Of a stretch of 64,000 nucleotides of DNA, positions 38,211 through 51,574 are shown in pieces. This DNA comes from Chiloscyllium plagiosum (taxonomy: Eukaryota): the NCBI RefSeq assembly GCF_004010195.1, contig NC_057752.1, positions 427,942 through 491,941 of the forward strand, written 5' to 3'. Numbering within the stretch: position 1 is the stretch's first letter; each line of letters begins with the position of its first letter. The notes beneath the pieces were generated by a model. It worked only from the letters and a program-made list of their open reading frames with translations. It had not been told where the DNA came from and made no database searches. The position numbers and the translations under genes were made by a program.

Positions 38211-38403
38211 CTATACAGACGATGTCCATGAAGCCATACATGCCGTAACAGATCTGGAAGAGCAGGTCCTGTCTCTGCCACTTAGCCGACGGACTGAGGG
38301 AGGACCAAATTAACCAGGAGATGCTAGCAATTAGGAAGAGGGAGCCAAGGATGATGGCAGCTATCTGCACCTTTTCAATCACTGTGAGGGAGATTGCCTG
38401 CCA
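38211..38403 (-). CDS. MARCHF9: MARCHF9 internal coding exon (probable exon 3), transmembrane region
   Basis: 193 bp, acceptor atttcag| and donor |gtaagc. Encodes [64 protein letters not shown] plus one G (phase 1), in frame with both flanking exons. Confidence 0.95.
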
Positions 38404-39807
38404 CTGAAATGGAACACAGAAGGGCGCAGAATGTGGAATAGAAAAGCATGGAAAGGTGAAGAAGAGAGAGAAAAATATAGGAGACGAGAGTATGACAGAG
38501 TGAAGACAAGAAAAGGAATGAGGAAATAGGAGAGACAGAAATAAAACAGGAACAAACAATTAGAGGGAGAGAAAGAGAAATTAAAAGAAAGGTTGTGATA
38601 CAAGAGAATGAGTGGGCCAGGGTTGGAGACATAAGAGGGAGAGAGAATAACATTAAAGCCAAGCACCTTATGCCAGTATCACATGACTTGATTGCTATAG
38701 CGCATGAAATAATGACAGCACTGGTCTCTGAACAGCAGACAGGAAGTCACCTGAAGATCTGGCTCATCAGCTGGCTAAAGTTGCCATGGTGGTTGGAGAT
38801 GTTAAGGCCCGTTTTGATCTAGTTTACATCCCGTGCACTGATCAGAACAAAGGCACTCAGACATGACAGATCAAGTAGTGTTAAGACTAGCTCTGACAGC
38901 CCAAAGCAGCTCCAGGTCCGATAAAGCACAGGTTAGATACAGAGTAAAGCCCCCTATACTCTGTTCCAACAAGGTGCCTTAACCTGAGCTCCAGTATGGC
39001 AGGGCTTGGAAGCAATGCAGTGGTTTGATTTTGCATCCTTATGGCATCCAAGTTATAGTGGGCTGGATTATCAGCAGTTACATGCTGTGAACTAGTGATT
39101 AGATTGTTATTTTCCTGACTCACTTGACATAGGGCCCTTTCACCCAGCAGAGAACAGAGAATTTGTTTCAGCAAGCTAGGTCAGAATTTGACCCTGGCTG
39201 AAAGGCCCTACTTCGCCAACCCAGTTCCTGGTCACCAGTAACCTCAAACTATTCGATCATATTTGTTGCCTTTTTGTTGTGCTATTTTTTTCTTCTCTCC
39301 TGACACTCCTTATATCCTGCCTCATTTTCCTCTGGAAGGTTGGTGCAATATCATGTTCCTAAGCCACTGGCTTTTAGAGGCAGCTGTTAGGAGATGCAGG
39401 AGAATTCTGTCTGGTATGACTGGACCTTTGGAACTTATCTGAGTTATGAAAATCAAAAAATGCTGTACAGGTTTGTACAGGTGAGCCAATGTTAAACTCA
39501 GTGCTGGGCAGTTATGAGTAGCAAATCTTAGAGGTGTAAGTGCATTCAAAATATAGATTGTGTGTTGAAAAAAACTAAAAACAGGGCATCACAGAGCATG
39601 TTTTGTCTGGTCCAACATTACAGAATCAGTCATACCCTTTGACCGATGTCAAATGGTATAATTGTAATTCTTTCTCCTCAAGATGGTGAGGTAGAGTTCA
39701 ATAGGTGCCAGCAGCCCCCTGATATCTCACTCAAGTACCATTCCTCACATGAATCTGCACAGTGTTGGTGAGGAGAAGTGGTGGTAGAAATCATAACCCA
39801 AGTTTGA

Positions 39808-39808
<1 letters not shown>

Positions 39809-39863
<55 letters not shown>
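39809..39863 (+). repeat. (CA)n microsatellite, about 27 units
   Basis: Uninterrupted CA run. Confidence 0.98.
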
Positions 39864-39865
<2 letters not shown>

Positions 39866-42780
39866 ATGGTAAGTGAGGAGGAGGAGCAGGAACCTAGAGT
39901 ACTCACCACATCCCTCTTGTCAATGGTGTCCAGCATGGCTGGGATCAACTATTTCAACACAGAGCTGGAATTAATTAATCTGAGGACATGCGTGGTTTAG
40001 AGTGACTCAGTAACACATCAAACAGTGTCAACCAATCAAGCCACGGAGCAGCACAATGTACTGTCATGCTATGGCCTTGAAGTGACCATTTCAGCAAGAT
40101 TTGAGGGATTATGCGCATTGCTTACACTTTACACAGCAGCAACAGGCATAATATATGACCCAGAATTTTACTTTCTCATGCAATATATTCCTTGCTTGTT
40201 GTTTTCATGGCAGGGTTTCAATAAAGCACGCAGGTCAATAAGAATAATCAACACCTTTAAAAATGCTAATGCCCTAAAATAGGATCAGGGAGAGCAGGTC
40301 AGCTGTTGCATTGCGAATTCCCTGGGCAATTGAAGCAGTGAGTCAGGTGGTCAGGCAAAGTAAGCATTTCTCCATGGTTTGAGAGAAAGGCAGCCTGTTT
40401 GTAGGATTGCTCTTCTCAGAAGCACCTGGTACAGGAGAGACAGCGAGTAGCAGAAGCAGCCAATACAATGCCCTTGATGGAACTGAAAGGAGATAAGAAA
40501 TGATAAATCCAGAGGAGTTGGAAACGTCAAAAGTATACGTCATGGTCATCTGAAAGAAGACTTGCATTTATAGAGTACAGCCAGAAAAGAAAGATAGAAA
40601 ACATGGCAGTCAACTTATGCACAGTAAGCTCTATATAAAAACCAAGGTGATATTGATAAGGTTATCTATATTTCTGATGTTGTCTAAGGGATAACTATAT
40701 CTGCTGTTCAGGTAATTGCTGTGGAATCTTTTGTTTCTGACAGTGCAGCAACACCTCAGTACTGCATTGGGAATGTCAGCCTAGATTATAGTGCTACCTG
40801 CTGAACTACTGCCAACGTGTGCGCACGCACACAATCTGGATCTCAACAATGCTTATTTAATAGTCCAATTATCAATTAATGAGCCTAATGACCAATCCAT
40901 CACATGATTTAAATGTGATGCAGAAAATCCAGGCACAGCATGATATTTAGCATCCTGACAGACTGCAGCTATCGGATCTAAAGAAATCTACGAAAGCAAG
41001 GTCAAAAGTACCACTGGGCACAAAAGGAAGCTACAACATGCCATATTTTAGCAAGCAGATGTCAATCAACATAATGATGTGGACCAGAGCAATGGATACT
41101 TTATGTGAATTAACTCTCCCACGAAGAAGATGAGTCAAAATGCCTACATTGTGCGCACAGCAACATTTCATGTAGGGAAATGCTTGCCTCTGACTAATCT
41201 TTGAAGCTGTGTAGACACCATCATCTACATAGTATCTTAGCACTTTAGAAGGTGGCAATATAACCAATGGGAAGAGACCATGACACTGCCTATTCAAAGA
41301 ACTCAAGACCTTGTCCCCATTTAAGAAGGCAAACCCTGATAAAAATGGATGGGAGAGCATCAAGGAAACTTGAAAACGTTTCCTGTTCATGATCCTCAAA
41401 CCATTTGATTGGTATTGTAATGATCAGTCATGCAATCATCTACTGAGTGACACTGGATTATGTCAAAGCACGTGATCCACTGAGGGTGTCTTCTCAGGAA
41501 TAGTGGAAATTAATGACAAGCTAGTCAGTGCTCCTGAGAAAGTCAACTCCTCACAGCACCATCAGTGCCATTCTATACCACAGCCTCATGCACCTCCAGC
41601 AACAGTCCAGACAACAATATTGAGGAGAAAAACAAGAAAGGCTTGCATTTGTCTTTCACAATCTCAGAACATTGCAAAGTGCTTTTCAGCCAATGTAGTA
41701 CATTCTGAAATGTAGTAACTATTGTTCATTTAGAAATAAATAACAGCCAGTTTGAGCACAGCAAGCTCCGACAAACAACAACTTGATACTGACCAGTATC
41801 AATTGGTGCTGGATAAAGGGCAAATATTGGAGCGAGTTACTGTGCATAGATCAGAAGGACCAAATTATATTTGCCTGCTCAAGGCCATGCATCTACTGGT
41901 AGAACACCTGCGATAGTTGCTGCCTTTGCTCCAACATGTCAGGATTCAGATCTCACTGGGTTTGCAAACAAGCCAAATTTCTGCCTGAGGAGCATCATAC
42001 ACATGAGTCACTTGTGTGCAAAGTTATGGGGATGACCATAACTGAGCTTGAAATTCACAACCTTTGGCACACCTATCTGAGGTGTAGCCCACCTTGAAAC
42101 ACATAGCAACTAATGTGGAATCTTCTGCAGAGCACTCAGTGATAGTGCAGATCAAAAACACTTCTTTAGAAATCCTTACGCTGCAGGTCTAGAGATCCTA
42201 ACTCCCAACTTACAAATGTTAACTTATGGCCAGCTTTGGGATGCTGGGAGAGCAGATGGAGATGGATTGAAGCAGGAATTGGCATTGCCATCCAGACTGC
42301 TGCTGTGAAATGTCAGAGTGAATACTCATTCTAAGTGCCTCCTAAGACCCATGTCTGGACTGTTATACATCCTTGCATTTATAATGGAGGAACCCAGGAA
42401 GCAGAAGCTGTGGCCAACATGAGTTAAAGGACGTTGCCACGCATGGCACAACGTGATACAGGGCAGTAGGATCTCAGCAGGCCACCAGCACAGTTATTCC
42501 TCTATAAAGGAATCCCTTCGGAAAAGCAGTAGGTTGGATGTTCAGCATCACACATTATGAAGCCGCCATCACAAAACAATTATTGTGCATTAAAAACAAA
42601 AGGCAGCAAAGGATAGGATTAAAGGAACTGCCCAGGAATTGTCAGAAGTGGTCAAGCAGAGAATAGTTCATTTGGAGAATGTAGGTTAGACCTGGAAGAA
42701 ACAGCTCCCACCAGAAGCCACCTTCAATCTGCACTTGTTCTGACAGACTGCCTTAGTTTGCAAGTTAGCGGATCACCAAT

Positions 42781-42913
42781 GAATTCCTGATGAAGGGCTT
42801 TGGCCCGAAACGTCGGTTTTACTGCTCCTCGGATGCTGCCTGAACTGCTGTGCTCTTCCAGCACCACTAATCCAGAATCTGGTTTCCAGCATCTGCAGTC
42901 ATTGTTTTTACCT
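42781..42913 (+). mobile_element. Solo Penelope-like terminal repeat with hammerhead core
   Basis: CTGATGA-AGGGCTTTGGCCC-GAAACGTC at 42787-42814, followed by the GGATGCTGCCTGA..CCAGCATCTGCAG body. Confidence 0.8.
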
Positions 42914-45900
42914 AATGACCTCCTCCAGCCTGACTCCTCCATCTTGCTTTTCACGGTTCTTGGCAAGGTGAAACTTTGGGACATGCAGCAAATGGAATAA
43001 TTTATGAACTCCTTATAGGGTTTGTACTGGAAGGCGCTCCCCAGTTGGGAACATACCATTGTGACGTGCAATCATTCTGGAAAATAGAATGAGCCTCATT
43101 GTATCTGCACCCTGTTTCCACCAAAATAGGGTCATGACTCACTGTCCCCAAGCTATTCTTTCCCCTAAAGTGCAATTGTCATAACAAGACATCATCAACA
43201 GCGCACAGGAAAGGTGGGATTCATCAGTAACAGTGATTATGTAACACCTAGGCATTCAAAGATCAAATTTGTTTTGAGCTCAGAGGGCATATAATTCTAT
43301 ATTGGGACCTGAAAGACAAAATGAGCACAGGCAATGATCCTATATACTTGCAGAAATTGTATAAAATTATATTGCCCTATTGTGCTTTCACCAGTGAAAG
43401 TCCTTAATAATGTATCTGCAATCTCCTTCATATGATTGGCTTTCTTGGATTTCCTGCTGTCTAACACACAAATAGCACATAAATCTTCGCTGTAATTCCA
43501 AGTACTTCCAGGCTTAACCTGGAGACAGAAAAAGACTTGCATTTAGATAGTGCTTTTCATAACTGTGGGACATCCCAAAGCAACCAATAAAGTACTTTTG
43601 AACTATAAGGAAACACCACAGCAAAATTTGCGCACATCAAGGTCCCAGAAACAACATTGTAATAAATGGCCAGATCATCTGTCCTAGCTGTTGGTTGAGG
43701 AATAAATATAGGACCCAGGACACCAAGGATACCTCTCCTATTCATCGTCAAAAAACAACCATGATTTTTTGAACATTCCATCCAAAAGGAAAACTCCTCT
43801 GACACTCCATCAGTATTGCAAGGGGAGTATCAGTATGGATCATGTGCCTGAGTCTTGAGATTGGAACTTGAACCCATGACCTTCTGACTTGGAGGCAAAA
43901 GGCCTACCCCCAAGCCACAGCTGACATTCATTTAAAATGACAGCTCCACATGAAAAGCCAAAGGGAAGCCAATTTAAAGATGTACCGTGTTTCCACTGCA
44001 GAATCTCAGAGTGGAGTACAGGTGCTGATCAGAGCTGATGTCATTAATTAGCCACTCATATGTTTTACATCTTCTCATCTACTGAATTGGATTACAGTCA
44101 GTAACTCACCTCAAGGTATTTGCATGTCTGTCATCAGAGGCCTATCAAGTCACAGTGGCAGGATATTGCTTCTTCTCACTCATCCTCTGTCCTAGAGCTG
44201 GATATGTGACAGTGTGCACTGGAGAGGAGAGGTGACTGAGAGATAAATATACACACTCTGGATGGTTTGTTCCTGGTAGCTGGCTTCGACTAGCTACAAG
44301 GAATACATCAATTCATTTGATGTGCCAGTACTTTGTAATTAAAGACTGCCGTCTGGAGGAGTGTGAACATTGAGGAACACTTTCACCAGTAAGCCAAACT
44401 AATTAACTCAGGCAACACAGTTTAGACTAGTCCCACCTATTCCCCCAGTACCCCACCATCACATCCTGTTGATATTTCAACTTTCCCTGTGCACAAAATC
44501 AGATTTATCATTCATTACAACAGCTTGGTTCAATGTTGAAAGAGGGGACTGTTCTCAGGAAAAAGTGCTGGGAAGTGTGGAACGTGGGGAGGTGGTGGGG
44601 TTTGGGGTGCTCAGTTTCTTCTTTGCTTGCAAAGAGAGCTGCTTCCAGAGACTAGTTTTGCATTACAATGATGTCATATTTCAAGATTACCTTGCAGTTT
44701 TTAAATTAGCAATTGACAGACAGTTGCCAAGTACTTTTTTGATGCAGACAATGCCCCTTTAAGAACTTTTTTTACATTTCCACCTCCACCCCCACCCAAA
44801 CCTGTTGTGTTGTGCAATGCACACAAGACCTGAAGCCTGTGTACAAATAACTGTCTGGTTTCTACAGCTATGCCAACGAGGTGATGGCCAGTCAATTTAG
44901 AATGGGCTCTGTGGTGATTTTAAGCAACAGCCCCAAACGATCAATACCGCTTATTAGCAAGTTTGTAATTCAGACTATTAGCCATGCAATCCACTGCAGC
45001 TTTGAGCCATATGGACTGCAGTGATTGTAACAAGGTCAGCTAGGTGGACCTCATAAATATGAGTTCCCTGATTGGGGCTGTTAATCTGGTCCAATCAGGG
45101 AGCCTTGGCTGACAGATAAAAACATGAGTGTCAGAGGTTCTGCTCCTTCTGAGAGCTGGCTCTGAGAAAGCCAGATCTGAGTCACATTGTATGCATGTGT
45201 AAATAGTGACTTGGTGACGGGGTACTGGCCTCTGTGGAGTTATTTCAGAAGCGACGAGAGAAAAAATATGCTTCTGAAGAAATTCACTCGCAGCAGTCAT
45301 CTTTGAGTTGGGGTAGATATTTCTGCCATCATGCTCTTATTTGGGAAGCTAGACTTGATCGATTCTGCTGCCAAAGCCTGGGCCCAGTATGTGGAAAAAA
45401 TGCGTTATATTTTCCTGGCAAATGACATTGCCTTTCATCTGTCCCAACGAGTAATTTTCGTGAAGCTTGTGGACCCGCAGCTTTTTTTATTAGGAGCCAA
45501 ATTTTCCCTGAGGCACCAGATACTAAAACCTTTTCAATAGTTTATTGATTTAGTTAAGGAATATTACAAACTCAAGCCTCCTCTACATCTGAGATGTTAT
45601 CCATTTTACTCAGCAGTTCAAGGAATCCGTGTTGGGATTTTTGACGCGGTTAAGATGACTGGCAGAGGCTTGTGACTTTGGTTTAACCCTTAATGAGATG
45701 CTGAGATACCATTTGGTATATGAGATTGATGATGTAACCATGCAAAAGCACCTACTAGCTGAAGTTCAACTGGACTTCAGACACTACAACTGGCTTTATC
45801 ATAGGAAAATGCAGCAAGTGGCGCCTACGAGTTACCGGGTGTGCCAATGGAAGTGAACACCCTCGCCAGACTGACTGAACTTGGAGAACACCACTTGAGG

Positions 45901-46545
45901 GAAGGCAATTGCATGGCCTCACTCAGGACATATCCTGAACAGAGGGACTCGAGGCCAGCCCAAAGCAAAGCCCCAAAACAAAGCAAATCCTCGGCCAAAT
46001 GGTTAAAATTTTCTTCAGGATGCAGGCCGGCAAGCCATTGTGGACAGCCAAAGAGGCCGTCTAGGCCTGAATTGAGCAAGAGAACTTATAGGCTGGTATC
46101 CAGGAAAGTGCACATCCTGAAAAATCCACTTACATCTGGTCTGGAAAGTGAAGTTACCCAGCAACAACCAAATCAGAACCAATCAAAATAAACGTCTGGT
46201 TAGATGGTGTCCTGGTTCTAATGGAGGTTGATACCGGCGCGGCTGTATCAGTGATCGCAGAACCAGTCTTCAGCAAAATTCGCTCTGGACACCAACCCTT
46301 AATTTTGCTGGACTGAGAACCGATACCGGGGAACTTTAGAAATTAAGGGTACAACTTTGGTTTCAGTCTCTTACGAGAAGCAGCTGGTGTAGTTACCACT
46401 GATTGTAGTAAAAGGCTTGGGCCCAAGCCTGATGGGGTGCAATTGGTTGATTGGCTCAACATTTTTCAATTAGAAAACGGCTACCTGAGTGAAGTCTGAT
46501 TCAACAGCTGAACATTTTTCAGGAAGGTCGAGGGACTATAAAGGA

Positions 46546-46645
46546 GAAATTCCTGATGAAGGGCTTATGCCCGAAACATCAACTTTCCTGCTCCTCAGGT
46601 GCTGCCTGGCCTGCTGTACTTTTCTAGTGCCACACCTTTTGACCC
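46546..46645 (+). mobile_element. PLE terminal-repeat fragment with hammerhead core, inserted in Gypsy pol
   Basis: CTGATGAAGGGCTTATGCCCGAAACATC at 46553-46580. Confidence 0.75.
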
Positions 46646-49199
46646 AGACTACCAAAGCTACCTAGCATGTTGACCAAGAAATAATTCCATGATTCTGCAA
46701 GGCCCGCCCAGTGCCGTTTGCCCGACAGGCAAAAGTAGAGTCAGAAATCAGCAGCCTGGAAAGGGAAGGAATCATCAGACCAGTCCAGTTTGTGAAATGG
46801 GCAGCACCAGTCGTACTGATTGTGAAGCCCAACAGGTCGATTTGCCTTTGTGGAGATTTTAAACAAATGGTAAACCATTTCTCGCGGCTGGATGAATACC
46901 CAGTTCCTCACATAGAGAACATCTATGCAAAGCTGGCAGAGGGCTATCCTTCACGAAGCTGGAAATGAGTCATGTACTCTTGGTTAGATGAGGATTCCCA
47001 GAAGAATGCGACAATTAATACCCATAAGGGCTTGTTCCTATATACTGCCTGCCATTTGGGGTATCATTAGCCTGTGCAATTTTTCCGCGGACGATTGAGA
47101 ACATTTTACATGGTCTACCCCAGATTGCCATTTAGCTGGATGATGTGCTAATAACAGGGAAGACCAATCTTAAGGTAATCTTAAAAACTTGGACGTAGTC
47201 CTTGGACATTTTTCCAAGGCAGGCGTGTGACTTAGAAGGGAAAACTGTGTGTTCTAGGCACCCCAAGTGACCTACAAGACTAGGTTACACCTGTTGGAAG
47301 ATAAAGTGAGGACGATCAAAGGTGCTGTGGCTCCTACATCTCTACCGAAGCTTAGATCTTTCCTTGGCTTGATGAATTATTACGGAAAGTTAATATTTAA
47401 GCTTGCCTCCACCCTGGCACCCTTACATCTGCTATTGGAAAAGGGTCAGCCTTGGAAATGGTATCTTAGCCAAGATTAACCCTTTAGGGAAGTGAAGAAG
47501 CAGCTATCATCATGTAATGTGTTGGCACACTATGATCCCAAATGAGATCTGGTGCTGACATGTGATGCCTTCCCTTATGATATTGGCATAGTGTTGGTTC
47601 ACAGATGGCCCAATGGAGAGGAATACCCAATAAGCATGTGCTTCACAGATTGTGGCTGATGTAGAGCATAAATATGCCCAAATTAAGAAGGAAGGTTTGG
47701 TGATCATCTTTGGTGTGAGAAAGTGCCATCAAAACCTTTACAGACATAAATTTGTAAAAGTAACAAACCCCTGCTAAGGCGATTCAAAGAGGATAAGGCT
47801 GTGCCACCCATAGCTTCAGGTCAAATTCAGTGATGGACTGTGTGTACAATTACAAGTTGGAACACCATCTGGGAGGCCAAGTAGCATGTGGATGTCTCGA
47901 GCCACCTCTGACTGGTGTTGATGCCAATCCAAGAGTTCATTCTGGTTTTAATCTTTCTGGATCCAGTCCTGGCAAAACTAAAACAGCTGATGGTGATGAG
48001 AGAAACAAAAAGGTCATCACAACCAGAACTGAAATGTTTCTGGATGCGGCGAGACCAGATCACCATAAACAACGGCATTTTATTATAGGGAGCAAGAGTG
48101 ATTATCCCGAGTAAAGGTCACCTCCAGATAATAACTGAACACCACCAGGGTCATCTGGGGGTTTCCAAAATGGTGAGACGTTATGTCTGGTGACCAGGAT
48201 TGGATGCAGACATGGCCGCATTGGTTGGGCAGTGCCAGAGTGCCAACAAAGACAAAAATTACTGCCAGCAGCTGCTCCACATTCGTGAGAATGGCCGGGT
48301 AAACCCTGGACTTGACTACATATCGACAATGCAGGTCCTTTCATGGATTCAATGTTCTTAGTCATTGTGGATGCCCACTCAAAGTGGTTAAACTTGCATA
48401 GAGGTCACTCATCAAATATAGGGACGGATGATAGAAATTCTGTGAGCATCTTTTTCAATACATGGACTCTCAAAGGTGTTGGTCATAGACAACAGGCCAT
48501 CATTTACCAGCAAGAAATTTGAGTATTTTCTAAAGTTGAATGGGATTTGGCATACAAGAACAGCTCCATACCATCCATCGTCCAATTGTCTGGCAGACAG
48601 AACAGTCCAAACTTTGAAGGCAGGCTTAAAGAAACAGCCTACAGCTTTTCTCGATACCATATTGTCCCGGTTCCTATTTGATTATTGGACCACCCCTCAT
48701 GTAACTACAGGGTTAGCTCCAGCAGAGTTGCAAATGGAGAGAAGACTCCATGCCTGGCAGCGAGAGTTAAACAGCATCAGGAACACCAATGCTGGACACA
48801 AGACTCCTCTAAAGGAGAGAGATAATTTGCTTCAGGTGATGTTTTTGGTGCCAAATTCATAGAAATGGCCCTGCCTGGGTACAAAGCATGGTCGACGCAA
48901 GGTTAGGTCCTGCGATGTACAAAGTTTGGGTAGGTGAGGCTGTCTTGAACAAGCAGATGGACCATGTTAAAGCTGCAACCTCGTGAACGGGACAGAAGCA
49001 AAACATACCCATCCCTCAGAGTAGCTGAAAAGGCTGTCAGAACCCGTGGGTTCTTCCCTTCTGTACAGTGTCAAAGAAATCTTGAAGTCTGATATGGAGA
49101 CGGTGGATATCACGGCCTCGACCCCTTTACCATCTGAAGGAGAAGATGAATTTCTTCCACAATGCTCCAGGTGCAAGAGGCAAGCTATGGTCCAGTACA

Positions 49200-49322
49200 C
49201 CGAAACATCGATTTTACTGCTCCTCAGATGCTGCCTGAACTGCTGTGCTCTTCCAGCACCACTACTCCAGAATCTGGTTTCCAGCATCTGCAGTCATTGT
49301 TTTTACCTAGTTGATTTTAACC
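49200..49322 (+). mobile_element. 5'-truncated PLE terminal repeat inserted in the Gypsy element
   Basis: Perfect 15-bp TSD CTATGGTCCAGTACA at 49185-49199 and 49323-49337. Body nearly identical to 42805-42913. Confidence 0.85.
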
Positions 49323-51418
49323 CTATGGTCCAGTACATGCCACCCATATCTGACCCTGAGTCAGAGGAACTGGACTTGGTGCAAAAACGCCCCAGGAGAG
49401 GTTACAAGAAAAGGAACAGGCCCATGTCCCCAGACTTAGAGGGGGAGGGATATAGTGATTGTAATGAGGTCAGCCAGGTGGACCTCATAGAATGAGTTCA
49501 CTGATTGGGCCTGTTTTCTGGATCAATCAGGGAGCCCTGACTGACAGGTAAGAACAGGCGTGTCAGACATCCTGTTCACTCTGAGAGCTGGCTCTGAGGA
49601 AGCTGGACCAGTGTCAAGTCCTGTGCACGTGTAAATAAAGGGTGACTTGGTGGCGGGATACCAGCCTCTGAGGAGTTATTTCATGATCCTGACAAGGATT
49701 TGGTCTGGGTACTAAGTTAGGTGAACTCAGCCAGTGCAGATGTTAAGCTTCTGCAATGGTCCCCAGCAATATGGGTGAGGAAGGAATAAGAGACAGCCAG
49801 GGGTGCTGCCCTAGAATTTAAAAAATATTCATTAACTTTCCACCACCACCACTACCACCACCACCATCACCTCCTCCTCCTCTTCCACCCCCTGCCCCAC
49901 CTTTGCTGGAAGCTGCAGCCGTATAGATGCTGGGATGGTGACAGGATCGGGCTTGGCTATGATGCCACCTCGGGTGAATGACCCTTTGACCTTTGCTGTG
50001 TAGGCTCACAACAAAAGAAACAAACAAGAAGCTGAGGTACCCGAGGGCAGCTGGTGCGTGAGAAAATTTATGCCAGGCCCCAAATTAAGAGTGGAAAAGA
50101 TTCAAAAATTGGAGAGAGTATGAAATGACTGAATAGGAAGGGTTCAGAGGGATATGGGTCAAATGCTGGTAAATGTGACTAGATTTATATACCTGACAGG
50201 CATGGAGGAGTTGGATCAAAGGGTTTGTTATCCATACTGTATACCTCTATGACTGTGGATTTCTTGCAGACTCCTGGAAAAAGCCACAGACACAACAGTC
50301 TCTGAATCTCTTCCATTTCTGTTACTGTTTAGGTGTTCTGGTTGTAGGTTTGTAAGTCTGTCCATCTTGGCCCAATTTTCACAGTACAGCTGTGACTTCA
50401 GTGCAAAATTGGTTCACTGCTCACTCGCACAAACATGTTGACGTCAATTTGGAGTCAGATTGAAAGGGAGTGTGTGGAGCCAGACTCCTCTGGGGGAGGA
50501 CACCTCACTCTCTTTTGCTGCTGTGTCTGTGCCAAACCTGCTCTAGGTTCACACCACACCTGAGTGTCGGTTTACAGAAAAGGCTGTTGTTAGGTCTCGA
50601 GTGTGGAGGAGGCTTCACTATCTCTATTCTCAAGATTGGGAAGTGTAGGAGGTGAGGACACATTCTCAGCAGTTAGGAGGTGGAGTCTTTTTAAAATTAA
50701 AAGCCTGTCATCATTTTGACTTTTCCTGAATAAATTATTTCTCCAGTAGGTTTGAAACTGGTGCTATATAATAATCTGTATTTGCTATCAGCTTCCTCTG
50801 CCTATTTGTCTGAAAGCACTAACACCTTTCTTTGTGGAAGGAGGAATTCCAAAGAAAAGTGTAACTGAAATTGAAATTAACAACCCACAGCAGCGATCCA
50901 TAATAAAGGATGTTGAGGGGGTATATTTCTTTCTATCTGTTGACAATATTGGCTTTTCTGTGGTAAATAATAGCTGTCACCAGCGTGGCATAGGCAGAGT
51001 GCTTGGCACCAAAGGGTTTGTGATTGGGCAGCACAATGTGCTGGAGCTTCAATAGATGGCAACCTTTATGGGGTATTTTAATAATTACCCTACTTCATCC
51101 TCTTTAAAAAAACCCTCATTCTTCTGACAGTTTGCCAGTACTGCAGTAAATAGCCACCAGGAGGCAGTAGAGTCTCCTGTAGCATGATACACCATCCCCA
51201 AGGGAAAAAGCACTGGAACATTATGAGGCAGCTCATACACCATCTGCCAGCCTTGAAGCACTGGCAGGGGCTATTGTACATTCCACTAAGACTGTGGGTT
51301 GGTGATCTGTCATGAAGAGGCCAAGCAGGAGACTACAACTCAACAGGAAATAAAACACACCCAAGGTACATTTCTCCTGCCCTACTTCCCCATGTGTCAG
51401 TGGATATCTGCAACTGAC

Positions 51419-51574
51419 CTGCAGGGGATTTTTGGTGCTGATTGCCAGGACCTGGTATTTAAAGTAACACAGCTCGCAGCTCCATGAGCCTCGCTCGCTG
51501 ATCCAGCGGATTAGGCACGGCTGGTGGGTGCAGCGCACGGAACCGTCACACCGACAAGGGCTCAGTAAATCACC
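51419..51574 (-). CDS. MARCHF9: MARCHF9 internal coding exon (probable exon 2), C-terminal part of the RING-CH domain
   Basis: 156 bp, phase 0/0, acceptor ttttgcag| and donor |gtcagt. Encodes [67 protein letters not shown] and YFKYQVL match MARCH9 as I recall it, rather than MARCH4 (SVKCTH, LIKW, GCWSC). Confidence 0.95.

Larger units (their letters stand above)
45017..49683 (+). mobile_element. Ty3/Gypsy LTR retrotransposon relic with both LTRs, antisense within a MARCHF9 intron
   Basis: LTRs at 45017-45247 and 49451-49683, both ending TTATTTCA. PPT AGAGGGGGAGGGA before the 3' LTR. Protease EVDTGAAVSVI at about 46224; RT WAAPVV..ICLCGDFK and degenerate YxDD; RNase H LTCDA.PY; integrase IVDAHSKW and RTAPYHPSSN..ADRTVQT. 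Order PR-RT-RH-IN, many stops. Confidence 0.92.

Noticed and set aside
38404..38666. Hydrophobic ORFs extending upstream of the TM exon
   Set aside because: Pyrimidine-rich intronic sequence upstream of the AG acceptor; low-complexity translation.
49818..50027. Gly-rich ORF as a possible MARCHF9 first exon
   Set aside because: It lies downstream of the RING exon in gene orientation and derives from a (CCA/CCT)n simple repeat, with no RING-CH N-terminal motif.
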